64,000 bases of DNA from Eledone cirrhosa (Eukaryota). Of the stretch, positions 24,631 to 38,549 are shown piece after piece. Position 1 is the stretch's first letter; the number at the start of each line of letters is the position of its first letter. Made by a program: the position numbers and the translations under genes. The DNA is taken from positions 36,828,001 through 36,892,000 of the forward strand of contig OZ024751.1 in the NCBI GenBank assembly GCA_964016885.1, written 5' to 3'. Below the pieces are notes generated by a model. It saw only the letters and a program-made list of their open reading frames with translations. It made no database searches and had not been told where the DNA came from.

Positions 24631-25117
24631 AAGCTAGTGACGTAGAGCATCAGAAATGGCGGTAAAGGTGACAAAATGGCGGAGACGGAAGATTTCCCAG
24701 GAGACAATACGAAAATAATGAATGACTTTTATCTTTTATAAAGAACATATCGCTGGAGAGATGACGCCTGATGAGTGAAGGAATGAAATACTTAGCACGA
24801 CTCGTCACTCTCAGACATCTCTTCATCACCTTTCTCTCTTTCTCTCCACCTCCTACCCCTACCTCTGTTCCTCCTACACCTCCTACCCTCACCTCTGTTC
24901 CTCCTACACCTCCTACCCCTACCTCTTTGTCCTCCACCTCTCTCTCTCCCCCTCTTCGTCCTCCACCTCTCTCTCTCCATCTTCCCCCCTTCCTCCACCT
25001 CTCTCTCTCTCTCCCTCTTCGTCCTCCCTCCTCTCCCCCGTCTCCGTCCTCCACCCCTCTCTCTCTTCGTCCTCCACTTCTCTCTCGCTCCCTCTTCGCC
25101 CCCCCCCCCCTTTCATC

Positions 25118-25224
<107 letters not shown>

Positions 25225-25574
25225 CTCCACCTCTCTCTCTCCTTCTTCCCCCCCCCGCCTACCCCCTCTCAGTCCGACCCTCATCTCTCTCTCTCAACAT
25301 CTCCCTCTTTCGCTATCTTACTCTATCCTCGTTATATATATGTATCTATCTATGGCTGGGTGAATGTATGTATATGTGTATGTATGTGTGTATATATGTC
25401 TATCATATATGTATCTATGTATGGGTGGGTGAATGTGTGTATGTATCTACGTATGAATGTATGTATAGGTGAGTGGGTGAATGTATGTATATATATGTGT
25501 ATGTATGTGTGTATTTATGTATGAAGGTGTGTATATATTTATTTATATATCATTTATATGTGTATACTCACGTG

Positions 25575-25668
<94 letters not shown>

Positions 25669-26050
25669 CGGCGATGAATTAGTTTTGCGAGGTTTTTTAT
25701 ATGAAATCGTGTGTCGAAACAGAGACTGAATAATAAATAATGAATAAAAAATGGCGTAGACATACAACACAACAGGGGTAACAATGAATATAACACCACT
25801 GACGATGTTGCTGATGTGCAACGAAAGATTTATATATATATATATGTGTTTGTGTCTATATTGTATCTGTATTATTTTTGACCGCCGGTCAGTCAATGGC
25901 AACATTGAGGACCGAGTAAGTTAGATCGCAGATATAAAAGACAGCGAGAAGCGAAAACCAACCAAACAGTGAGTGTGTTCTGTTTTTAATTCTGGCAATA
26001 TTACGCAAATATGACCCTCCCCAAGTATAACAATATATATATATATATAT

Positions 26051-26240
26051 ATAGGAACAAGTATGACTCCGACGGCAGAGCTCAAGCCGTTTTGACGGCT
26101 AATTCCAGAATTAGCCGTCGAAACGGCTTGAGCTCTGCCGTCGGGGTCATACTTGTTCCTATTACCTCCTCTACTACCCTAAGTATTGAGTACTTTAGTG
26201 CGTTATGGTCCATCTGGTTCCTTACCACATTTCCTTCGTT
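26051..26240. mobile_element. Fold-back element, family C
   Basis: Palindrome at 26051-26162 plus a right-hand tail, (TA)n flanks. Confidence 0.9.
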
Positions 26241-26241
26241 C

Positions 26242-26273
<32 letters not shown>

Positions 26274-26372
26274 CATATATTAATGTACACACATACACTT
26301 ATACACACACACACATACACACACACTTATATATATATATATATATATATATACTATATATATATATATATA

Positions 26373-26922
26373 TAAAATAAAGTTAAATAAAAGTCAAATG
26401 ATTAAAATTTAGCTTCGTTTATTACTGCTATATATATTTCAGTGACAGCCATCTTTGGCTGTGACCTCTTCAGGCAGTTTGAATTAGTATGGTATAGACA
26501 AGTACATATGTTGTTTAGGTGTATGATATTGTCAATACTCTGATATGCCCAGTTCCTTGGTGGGTTGTTAATTCACTGAGGAACTGGAGTCATATCTGAG
26601 TCATATATGACTCCAGTTCCCCAGTGAATTAACAACCCACCAAGGAACTGGGCATATCAGAGTATTGACAATATCATACACCTAAACAACATATGTACTT
26701 GTCTATACCATACTAATTCAAACTGCCTGAAGAGGTCACAGCCAAAGATGGCTGTCACTGAAATATATATAGCAGTAATAAACGAAGCTAAATTTTAATC
26801 ATTTGACTTTTATTTAACTTTATTTTACACTACTCCGGAGTAACCAAACCAACCTGCGCACTTCGTCGAGTGCTCCAGCCTGCATACTGAGGTGTTGGTA
26901 TACAACCAACATAAACTAAAAA

Positions 26923-26924
<2 letters not shown>
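26373..26924. mobile_element. Fold-back hammerhead element, family B (455-bp palindrome plus tail)
   Basis: Arms at 26373-26595 and 26605-26827 are almost perfectly complementary; tail at 26828-26924; (TA)n flanks. Confidence 0.92.
26722..26776 (+). ncRNA. Minimal type I hammerhead ribozyme (family B); mirror copy on the minus strand at about 26424-26478
   Basis: ACUGC-CUGAAGA-(GGUCACAGCC aaagau GGCUGUCACU)-GAAA-U AUAU A-UA^GCAGU; cleavage after 26771. Confidence 0.88.
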
Positions 26925-27006
<82 letters not shown>

Positions 27007-27113
27007 CACACGTCTGTGTATGTGTGTACAAACTAGCTTACCATCCTGTACATTCTGCTTGCTTTACATAACTCTTAACTGTCGCTGGTACAATCAGTCA
27101 TTATTTCTGCAAA

Positions 27114-27302
27114 GGGTGGTGGATTGGCAGTATCGGTAGAGGGTCGGACGCCATCCTTTGCAGCAAAGAGTTTCGGCCCTTTACGGTCTGAGTTCAAATC
27201 CCGCCGAGGTTAACTTTGCCTTTCATCCTTACGGGGTCGATAAAATAAAGTACCAGTAATGTACTGAGTATTTGCTGGCCTTGTGCCAAAAGTAGAAACA
27301 GT
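27114..27302 (+). mobile_element. tRNA-derived SINE (Meta-like core), full length
   Basis: A box TGGCAGTATCGG, B box GAGTTCAAATCC, core GCCTTTCATCCTTACGGGGTCGATAAAATAAAGTACCAG. Confidence 0.9.
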
Positions 27303-27358
27303 TATTAGTGCAATGACCGCCGACACGAACACGTTATCACCAGTACATCAACCTGGCG

Positions 27359-27434
<76 letters not shown>

Positions 27435-27454
27435 TCTTTCTCTCTCTCTTCCTT

Positions 27455-27490
<36 letters not shown>

Positions 27491-27574
27491 TATATATGTA
27501 AATGTGATTTATATTTATATATATATGTAAATGTGTTTTATATATATATATATATGTGTGTTTATATATATATT

Positions 27575-27633
<59 letters not shown>

Positions 27634-27732
27634 TTATATATATATTTGTATATATATATATATATATGTGTGTGTGTTTATATATATATTTGTATATATA
27701 TATATATATGTGTGTGTTTATATATATATTTG

Positions 27733-27774
<42 letters not shown>

Positions 27775-27815
27775 TTATATATATATTTGTATATATATAT
27801 ATATATGTGTGTGTG

Positions 27816-27898
<83 letters not shown>

Positions 27899-28639
27899 GT
27901 GTGTACGTGTGTGTGAGTGAGCGTGTGTGATAGATATATTATAGGAGGTAATGATACAGTAAGAGTTGTGAGGGTCATTGGAAGAAATGAGGGGAGGAGA
28001 AAGAGATGGTATACTCCCTCGCAACGCCGAAACCTAAAAGTGGAATAACGCCACGACCTTGTGTAATACCGATCCATCATTTCCATATCACTGGGCAACA
28101 CCCACTTGGAGATCCTATTAACTAATTTCAATGTATTCCACAGTGACATTAAAATGTGTAGAAGTTTAGACAAATGTATGAAAGCGACCGTAAGTTGGGG
28201 ATAATTAATTTAAATTCAAAACATTAACTTCGATTTAAGAGAAGTCGAACAGAAACAAGCGAAACAAATCCGTTGATCTAAATCAAACGGAAGGTGGACA
28301 TTGAAATAGAGTAACAGAGACTTGTTGGATTGATATTGAAAGTGACACTAGCAGAAATACGATCTCATGTAAATATTCACAAGCCATCACAGGTGCAATG
28401 TATAATACATTAGAAAAGGCTGGTTAAACTATCCATTGCAATACGATGATTGGACTGGGGTCCCTATCATTAAAACACCCAAGAAACCACCAATGAGATA
28501 CAACCTTGGAGCAGGCCAGCTAAACCTACATAGGTGAGAGCCTTAACAACAACAACAACAACATTGCAATACGAAGCTACCTTTCTTTAGAAGCTAATAT
28601 CAAATATACTTAGCATTAGTCAGATCTACCCAGAAAAAT

Positions 28640-29095
28640 CTAGGTATCATTCTTCAGAAAATCTGTTGCCAGGGTTGTACGAATCTCGCACATGGACCCT
28701 GACACAAGTACTTGTGAAGGAACTAGATGTTACATACACTAAAATACTCAGGGTTATACAAAACATAAACTGTGATCAATATATTACAAATGAAAGTTTA
28801 TATGGAAACTTGGCTATGATAACAACTACTATTGCTTAAAAATGGTTGAGATTTGCAGGACATTGCTGTAATAAGTAAGCTACTGTTGTGGGAACCAACT
28901 CACGTGAGATGCAGTAGAAAAAGACTTGTTTGAGACGTAATAGAGGAAGACCTGTCCGAACCTTCATTGATCAACTATGAGAAGGGAACAGTTACCAAGA
29001 GCAAAGTCTCACCACAATCGGAAATTGTGGTGAGACTTTGTCAGGAATGTTCAACAATGGTGAGACTTTGTCAGGAATGTTCGACTGTGGTGGCA
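28640..29095 (+). pseudogene. RTE-clade LINE 3' fragment
   Basis: From 28681: ESRTWTLTQVLVKELDVTYTKILRVIQNINCDQYITNESLYGNLAMITTTIA*KWLRFAGHC, then LLWEPTH...RGRPVRTFIDQL after frameshifts. Confidence 0.85.
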
Positions 29096-29251
29096 ACAAT
29101 GATGTGTATGCAGGCGAGGAACACACATTCACCATAGTCTTACATAGTATTTCGTCTTCCCACGACATATCTCACTCAACGTTATAAACATTTTTGGAGG
29201 AGTATGGTTGTATCAATACTGCACTTGCTATGTAACACTGGACTACTACTG

Positions 29252-29347
<96 letters not shown>

Positions 29348-29439
29348 AAATTTAATAAGCGAAAAAAAATGACACTTATGATAGTGGTAAAAAAAAATTC
29401 AAACAAACATACATGCACACACCCTTATATATATATATT

Positions 29440-29471
<32 letters not shown>

Positions 29472-29529
29472 CACATTTACACACCTATATATATATAAAT
29501 ACATATATATATGCACACACACACATACT

Positions 29530-29560
<31 letters not shown>

Positions 29561-29775
29561 ATAATCCGTGTGTGTGTGTATATAATCTGCACATGTATTG
29601 AATTTCTCGTTCAATTACAGGAAAATGATTAATTTTGAAAGATGAGATACATGTATTTACATCATATCAATCATACAGGACTGTCTTTGAAATATATGGA
29701 TATATAAATACAGCATTATACATACATTAGTACAATCTATCTATTTATCTATCTCTCTCTCTCTATATATATATA

Positions 29776-29810
<35 letters not shown>

Positions 29811-29953
29811 GCTTGCTATAGATAAATAGAGATGTATACAATGTACAATGAGAATCATATAGAAATTTACACTTCCAGATGACAAGAAAAAAACCTACTG
29901 GCACTCTTGTTAAAAAGGGTTCCATATATATCAGTCCATATATATATATATCC

Positions 29954-29986
<33 letters not shown>

Positions 29987-30220
29987 GATATATATATTCA
30001 TATATTTGTACATTCATACACAAATATATATATTTATATCTACACACATATATATATATATTTGCTCTACGGTTCTTATATATTTGATATATATTTATCC
30101 TTATCGAGCCCCTCTTTGGATTTTAGTCTTCAAATTTATTATTATTACTATTATTACTATATATATATATATATATCTATCTATATATATCCATACATTT
30201 ATATACATATATGTATACAC

Positions 30221-30341
<121 letters not shown>

Positions 30342-30795
30342 GAGAGAGAGAGAGAGAGAATGATAGATATATCATGTGTGTGAATGATGAGTAATGATAG
30401 TAGTATGTTTTTCTAAAGCCAATTTAGTATAAGGGTGACCACTGAAAACCTCGTGTCATGTTCATACAGTGTATAATGAAGTATGTCAGAATATGCAGCA
30501 GTAACTGTTCTCTATATTACATCTAGTCTAGTTGAACACATCATAATTATAACAGAGCGATACAGCCATGCTCCTTTAGATCTGCCGCTGTTAGATATAC
30601 ATATGGATTCACAAACATATTTCTATGCTTGCATATATACACAGTTATATATGTATGTATATATATGTAGTTATGTGTGTGTGTATGTATGTATGTATGT
30701 ACATATATATGTATGTATGTATGTAGGTACATATATCTGTAAGTATGTATGTATGCATGTATATAGGTACATATATATGTAAGTATGTATGTAAG

Positions 30796-31002
30796 TACGT
30801 AAGGGTCGGCTGAGATGTTCATAGGCTGAGAATGAAGGATTGATGCTAGAGCTGTAAAATATTGTATGCATTAATTTCATCTCTCTTTATTAGTAACTGC
30901 AGAGACTATGTTGAAAAATAAACCTCATTTGGTCATTCCATGAGATTATCTTAGTCAGCCTATTAACATTTCAACCTATGAACCTTTCAGCCGACGTTCG
31001 TA
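30796..31002. mobile_element. Tc1/mariner-type MITE
   Basis: Terminal inverted repeats TACGTAAGGGTCGGCTGAGATGTTCATAGG / CCTATGAACCTTTCAGCCGACGTTCGTA with TA termini and no coding capacity. Confidence 0.7.
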
Positions 31003-31166
31003 TATCTATAAGGATCCTAATAGCAGACATAAGCATGTGGCTCTCCTATCTCGCATATAATCAGGAACTTTATAGCAAAGCATCACTCCACTCTAATGAG
31101 GCTTCACCTGAATGGAAACAACTAATATTATCCCAGAATCCTCATCTTTACTCGAATACTGGAACA

Positions 31167-32957
31167 CACTGTCTCTTGTGATAAACCTTCCTCCACTGTC
31201 TCTTGTGATAAACCTTCCCCCACTGTCTCTTGAGATAAACCTTCCCCCACTGTCTTTTGCGATAAACCTTCCCCCACTGTCTCTTGAGATAAACCTTTTC
31301 CCCCACTGTCTTTTGAGATAAACCTTCCCCCACTGTCCCTTGCGATAAACCTTCCCCCACTGTCTCTTGAGATAAACCTTTTCCCCCACTGTCTTTTGAG
31401 ATAAACCTCCCCCACTGTCCCTTGCGATAAACCTTCCCCCACTGTCTCTTGTGATAAACCTTCCTCCTACTGTCTCTTGCGATAAACCTTCCCCCACTGT
31501 CTCTTGCGATAAACCTTCCCCCACTGTCTCTTGAGATAAACCTTTTCCCCCACTGTCTTTTGAGATAAACCTCCCCCACTGTCCCTTGCGATAAACCTTC
31601 CCCCACTGTCTCTTGTGATAAACCTTCCCCCATTGTCTCTTGTGATAAACCTTCCCCCACTGTCTCTTGAGATAAGCCTTCCCCCACTGTCCCTTGTGAT
31701 AAACCTTCCCCGACTGTCTCTTGTGATAAACCTTCCCCCACTGTCTCTTGTGATAAACCTTCCCCCCCTGTCTCTTGAGATAAACCTTCCCCCACTGTCT
31801 CTTGCGATAAACCTTCCCCCACTGTCTCTTGCGATAAACCTTCCCCCACTGTCTCTTGAGATAAACCTTTTCCCCCACTGTCTTTTGAGATAAACCTCCC
31901 CCACTGTCCCTTGCGATAAACCTTCCCCCACTGTCTCTTGTGATAAACCTTCCCCCATTGTCTCTTGTGATAAACCTTCCCCCACTGTCTCTTGAGATAA
32001 GCCTTCCCCCACTGTCCCTTGTGATAAACCTTCCCCGACTGTCTCTTGTGATAAACCTTCCCCCACTGTCTCTTGAGATAAACCTTCCCCCACTGTCTCT
32101 TGTGATAAACCTTCCCCCACTGTCTTTTGCGATAAACCTTCCCCCACTGTCTCTTGTGATAAACCTTCCCCCCACTGTCTCTTGTGATAAACCTTCCCCC
32201 ACTGTCTCTTGAGATAAACCTTCCCCCACTGTCTCTTGCGATAAACCTTCCCCCACTGTCTCTTGCGATAAACCTTCCCCCACTGTCTCTTGAGATAAAC
32301 CTTTTCCCCCACTGTCTTTTGAGATAAACCTCCCCCACTGTCCCTTGCGATAAACCTTCCCCCACTGTCTCTTGTGATAAACCTTCCCCCATTGTCTCTT
32401 CTGATAAACCTTCCCCCACTGTCTCTTGAGATAAGCCTTCCACCACTGTCCCTTGTGATAAACCTTCCCCGACTGTCTCTTGTGATAAACCTTCCCCCAC
32501 TGTCTCTTGTGATAAACCTTCCCCCACTGTCTCTTGTGATAAACCTTCCCCCACTGTCTCTTGCGATAAACCTTCCCCCACTGTCTCTTGTGATAAACCT
32601 TCCCCGACTGTCTCTTGTGATAAACCTTCCCCCACTGTCTCTTGAGATAAACCTTCCCCCACTGTCTCTTGTGATAAACCTTCCCCCACTGTCTCTTGCG
32701 ACAAACCTTCCCCCACTGTCTCTTGTGATAAACCTTCCCCCACTGTCTCTTGTGATAAACCTTCCTCCACTGTCTCTTGTGATAAACCTTCCCCCACTGT
32801 CTCTTGAGATAAACCTCCCCCACTGTCTCTTGCGATAAACCTTCCCCCACTGTCTTTTGAGATAAACCTTCCCCACTGTCTCTTGCGATAAACCTTCCCC
32901 CACTGTCTTTTGAGATAAACCTTCCCCCACTGTCTTTTGAGATAAACCTTCCCCCAC
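31167..32957. repeat. 27-bp minisatellite, about 66 copies, with higher-order variant blocks
   Basis: Unit CACTGTCTCTTGHGATAAACCTTCCCC. Confidence 0.98.
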
Positions 32958-33209
32958 ACATTTTGTTTTTCCTGTAGATGACCGTTGCTTAGCATTTCTT
33001 GCAACACTATCAACGGATTAGTTATTGTTGTTTTTGCTGTTATATTGTTGTTGTTGTTACTGCTGTTGAATGTTGTTGTTCATGATGTTGTTGCGAGTCA
33101 TTTAAACGTGAGGTTTTGCTCCGCAATCACGTGATTTCTTCGTGGTTATATCTTTCTTCAATTGTCATTTCCTCTGTTTATCTTTATCCAGTGTTTTACT
33201 GTTTTCGAA

Positions 33210-33256
33210 AATGATGATAACGATGATAATGCTGATGGTGATGGTGGTGGTGATGG

Positions 33257-33307
<51 letters not shown>

Positions 33308-33432
33308 GGAGGAGGGGAAGGAGGAGGAGAAGAAGAAGAAGAAGAAGAAGAAGAAGAAGAAGAAGAAGAAGAAGAAGAACAACAACAACAACGAAAACAA
33401 GCCAGGAAGAAAACAAAAACAAGAAGAAGAAT
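33210..33432. repeat. (GAT)n(GAG)n(GAA)n(CAA)n compound tract
   Basis: Direct reading. Confidence 0.95.
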
Positions 33433-33951
33433 GAATTTCAACGACAACAGCAAAAGTTCCAGCAGAAACATTAAAAACATCAACAAGAGTTTTGACATGC
33501 TTTCTAAGATAGAAATAGTTTTATTGACTTTAACTTATCACGTGTATCATAGTAATACATTGATCTGATAGTGGGTTGTGTGTGGTGGTGTGATGCAAGT
33601 CTGCAATGTTGTGGTGTGGTGTGGTGTAGTGTGAGGTGGTGTAATGTGCTGTAAGATATAGTTTAATATGGCGGTCTGTTGTGGATAAAAAAGAGCATCC
33701 ATGTTAGCGCTAAATAATCAATCAATGTACTAGTGTATTCAAACTCAGTTCGATCATCTCTCTTGCTAACTGTATGATATGTTACCCCAGGAGGGACAGC
33801 TTGGATCCACAGAGAGGTTATCGAACATTCTAGATGTTACAATGTCTGCTCAGAAGAAGAGAAGAAGAAACTAAATGAATAAATAAACATCAATAAATAA
33901 ATGATCAATGAGAAGATGTGTTTGATGAGTAATTGGTTCGTTATTTATGCA

Positions 33952-33996
<45 letters not shown>

Positions 33997-34619
33997 TGCA
34001 AAGTGATTGTTGACTGCCGTGACGCAACCACATGCTTACATGCATTTCTGAACATCTCACACATATACATACGCAAATACGTACATACGAACACATATAC
34101 ACACACACATATATATATGTAAATGTAAAATGCATATGTATATATATATATGTACATAAACACACATACACGCGCGCACACACACACACACGCACACACG
34201 CCCCCCCACACACACATACATATGCATATCTAAGCAAATCTTTCTCATTCAACTCTGCAAGTTTAACCCTTTGAATATCCACCTAACTGTAATCACTCAT
34301 GGTTCTGTGATACAAAACTGTTTGGTCTAAAATGTTTATATTTATCTCAAAACTATCTATCATTATTCTATGTAAGAACCTTTGTTATGTTATGTTCCAA
34401 ACACTAGGTTGATAATAAACAAATTTTATTTTACTGCTAAATCCCTCCAAATTCTTCAATAAGTTCAAAGTTATTTGATAATTGGCCTGTTTAGATGCCT
34501 ACATATTAGATATGAGTATATATTTATACAGACTGATGCAGTCTAGGTTACACAGTGTATTTATACAGATATGGCTTTATCATATGCTTCAGATGCTATG
34601 GTACTTTATATATATACAG

Positions 34620-34714
<95 letters not shown>

Positions 34715-34804
34715 GAGTATAACCAAAGTTGCAATTGCGAGTAGCAGGTTCGCAATCGATTCTTTAAGGCACTTATATATATGTATGTATGTGTGTATAT
34801 ATAA

Positions 34805-35191
34805 ACGTGTGTTGAAACCGATATTGTTATACTTTGGGAGGGTCATGTTTCCAATAAGAAACACGCACCAGTTGCTTTGACTTCAATTTATTATAATAAA
34901 TTTATAAATTTAGGAATTTATAAATTTCCGGTTGGTTGGATGGTTCCACAACCAGATGGTTGTTTATATATTGTTAAAGTTCTTTCGTCACACATTCTGT
35001 GACCTCTTCAGTGACTGGGGTTCTTTTCTTTGTTTTTTGTGCCTCTCCTTTGTTCTGTCCTACGCCATCTTGTTTTCAACCAACCAACCGGAAATTTATA
35101 AATTCCTAAATTTATAAATTTATTATAATAAATTGAAGTGAAAGCACTGGTGCGTGTGTTTCTTATTGGCAACATGACCCTCCCAAATTAT

Positions 35192-35198
<7 letters not shown>
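34805..35198. mobile_element. Fold-back element, family G, with a degenerate hammerhead in the spacer
   Basis: Arms of about 34821-34939 and 35079-35198; the minus-strand spacer reads GUCA-CUGAAGA-G GUCACA gaaug UGUGAC-GAAA; the terminus is related to 26009-26035. Confidence 0.8.
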
Positions 35199-35242
<44 letters not shown>

Positions 35243-35296
35243 TACATACATAATATATATGAGTGCCTTAAAGAATCGATTGCGTACCTGCTACTC

Positions 35297-35328
<32 letters not shown>

Positions 35329-36230
35329 ATGTAACGAACATCGCTGATATTAAGTCATCGGGCTCTGGCCAACTAGCTCACTCACTGAAATTCCCAAATT
35401 GCAGTAATGCAACTGCAACCAACTGTTCAGAGTGCACATATTTTAGTTAATAGCTGTTAGTATATGTATATATATAATGTACCGGGAGAGATGACCCCTT
35501 AGCCCGGGAGAGATGACCCCTTAGCTCTTGTCAAGGCAGAATTCTAGGAGAAGGAAAACTCTGATATAACAACCCTGATGGAAAACTCTGATATAACAAC
35601 CCTGATGGAAAACTCTGATATAACAACCCTGATGGTATCCAATGATGTTGACTTGTTCTTCTTTTTGGTAAATATCATATTGGTTAAGAGAGTGGGAATG
35701 GCTTTGTGCAGTGCCTTTGCTCACTATAAAAGCATCACGGCACAGGCATTGCTTTATATCTGGAGATCTCTCTGCACTTGTCGTCACATGGTACCATGGG
35801 CCCAGCACTATGTGTCAGTAATTGTCACAAGTGTAGTGTTTGTACCAGAGTTTTCAAGTTGCTGGCTGGATTAAAAAGTCGCACTCGTTCAGCGCATCGG
35901 TAGGGGTTCTCCTACATGGTTATAAAGTAGTGGCCGTACTCGAAAACGAGTTGGCAGCAACCATATATGTGTATATATAACGAAGGAAATGTGGTAAGGA
36001 ACCAGGTGGACCATAACGCACCAAAGTACTCAATAATTAGGGTAGTAGAGTGGGTAATATATATATATAACCAAAACACAGCCACCGTAACTGCTATTAA
36101 CTAAAATATGTGCACTCTGAACAGTTGGTTGCAGTTGCATTACTGCAATTTGGCAATTTCAGTGAGTGAGCTAGTTGGCCGGACACCGAAGACTTAATAT
36201 CAGCGTTAGATTTATATATATGTTCGTTAC

Positions 36231-36232
<2 letters not shown>
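35329..36232. mobile_element. Inverted-repeat element (arms of about 130 bp) with nested inserts
   Basis: 35329-35460 is inverted to 36088-36232; the interior holds (TA) runs, a unique segment with 3 x 27-bp repeats, and a family C tail (35979-36058). Confidence 0.8.
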
Positions 36233-36296
<64 letters not shown>

Positions 36297-36331
36297 TATA
36301 TATATATAATATATATATATATATAATATAT

Positions 36332-36478
<147 letters not shown>

Positions 36479-36509
36479 CATACACACACATATATATATA
36501 TATATATGT

Positions 36510-36566
<57 letters not shown>

Positions 36567-38371
36567 CATATGTCTAACCCATGCTAGCGTGGAAGATGGA
36601 CGTTAAATGAAGATAATGAGGATGACATATATCATATATAGAGAGAAAGAGATAGAGAAAATCTTGATTCTTCCCTCTATCATGTTTCTCAATCTCCCTC
36701 TCTTCCTCTCCCTCTCTTCCTCTCCCTCTCTCTCTCTCTCTCTCTCTCCCTCTCTCTCTCTGTTTTGTTACACCCATTCTTATATTTAATTGTCTACTCT
36801 ATAATTATCTTTATCCCTTCCATTCCTCGCGGACAGGACCTTAACTTTCCCTACTACACACCCAACCTCCCCCCACATACATTCGCCCCCACATCTCCGC
36901 ATCCTTCTACTCCATCTCTCAACTATGATAGCCATAATTGCCTCCTACTACACCCCTGACCCTTTCATTGTTTTCTCTTGTATTCCCCCCCCCTACACCC
37001 ACACTGACACACACACTCTTCCTAGACCCGACTCCACTCAACCAATAACTTACTACACCACAGTGATCTCTTACCTCCTCTCATCACACCACCACCACCA
37101 CCACCACTACCACCACCACCACCATCACCACCACCTTCACCACCACCATCATCAACACCACCACCACCACCACAATCATCATCATCATCATCATCCCCAC
37201 CTCCGCAGCCATTAACAAAGCCACTTCACTCTACCAATTCACACTATTACAGCCTCAAACCAGCCTTCACCACCTCCGACCCCGACGGCAGTACGACCAT
37301 AATCCTTTCTCATCATCACCATAACCACCACCACAACTACCGACATAACCACCGCAATCGCTTATTACCACCACCACCACCATCACTACAACCACCACCA
37401 CAACCACCACTACAACCACCACAATCGCTTATTACCACCACCACCATCACCACAACCACCACCACCACAACTACCGACATAACCACCACGATCGCTTATT
37501 ACCACCACCACCCTCACCACAACCACCACCACTACAACCACCACAATCGCTTACCCCCACCACCACCACCACCAACAACAACAATAACAACAACCCCTTC
37601 CCCACCACCACCACCACCACCGCTCTGTCTAATCTCATCTACCATTGAAAGCATACACCAGCATCATCACCACAGCAGCAATAGTAGAAATAGCAAACGT
37701 TGGTTTTAATGTCGCTGCTGTCGGTAGATTTGCCGTCAAAAATGGTCAACTGAGCATAACCGGAAGTAGTGTCAGTATCGACAGCCACAAAACAAAACTG
37801 AAATGTCAGGCAGCCATATTGCTTCTGTCAAAATATCTGACCAAGCTGTCATTGGTTGATAATGGACAACGAACGCTGACTGGCTTTGGAAATTGGATCA
37901 AAGGGAAAAGTGAGGGCGGTAGGGTCGTGGTGATGGTAGAGGTGTTGTTAGTATTTGTGGTAGTGAGGGTGGTCTCAATTGTGGTCATGGTGGTGGGTTG
38001 TAGTGGTAGGGGGAAATAGCTGCTTTGCTGTTGTTATTGGTTGTGGTGTTGGTGGTAATGGCTGTTTTAGTGTTGCTGTTTATTGTTATTGTGGTGATGA
38101 TAGTCGTGATTGTGACTGTAGTCGTGTTAGTAGGTCGTAATAGTGGAGTGAAATGGTTGTCTTGGTGTTGATGCTGGTTGTTGTGGGGGTGATGATAGTG
38201 ATTGTGTTGTTGATAGTTGTGATGGTAGTCGTCGTTTTATGTTCTTGTTGGTAGTGGTAGTTGTGGTGGTGTTGTTGGTGGTATTGGTGGTTGTTGGTAG
38301 TGGGGGAAACTGTAGATTTGTATGTTAAAGAATTTAGCCTTGAAGTTCAAACACACTTCAGAATTAAGTAA

Positions 38372-38549
38372 TAATTGTTTCTACTTTTGGCACAAGGCCA
38401 GCAAATAGCCAGTGCATTACTGGTACTTTATTTTATCGAACCCGTAAGGATGAAAGGCAAAGTTAACCTTGACGGGATTTGAACTCAGACCGTAAAGGGA
38501 GGTAACTATTCTGGAAAGCATGGTGTCTGACTCTCTACTGTTGCTGCCA
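38372..38549 (-). mobile_element. tRNA-derived SINE (Meta-like core)
   Basis: Same family as 27114-27302. Confidence 0.85.

Noticed and set aside
24763-24800. CTGATGAG...TGAAA hammerhead-like word
   Set aside because: Stems II and III cannot pair convincingly and there is no TA or fold-back context.
26373-26827. Palindromes as sequencing or assembly fold-back artefacts, or as miRNA hairpins
   Set aside because: They recur as families with the same tail architecture, have arm mismatches and unique flanks on both sides, and contain no conserved miRNA that I recognise.
27114-27205. tRNA gene
   Set aside because: A and B boxes are present but there is no cloverleaf; it continues into a SINE core and is multicopy.
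31093-33013. ORFs of 496-622 aa in several frames
   Set aside because: They come from a 27-bp minisatellite with frequent 1-bp indels that switch frames, which is inconsistent with coding constraint.
37645-38019. 124-aa ORF
   Set aside because: TTG start, low-complexity end and no homology that I recognise; the motif content fits a regulatory island better.
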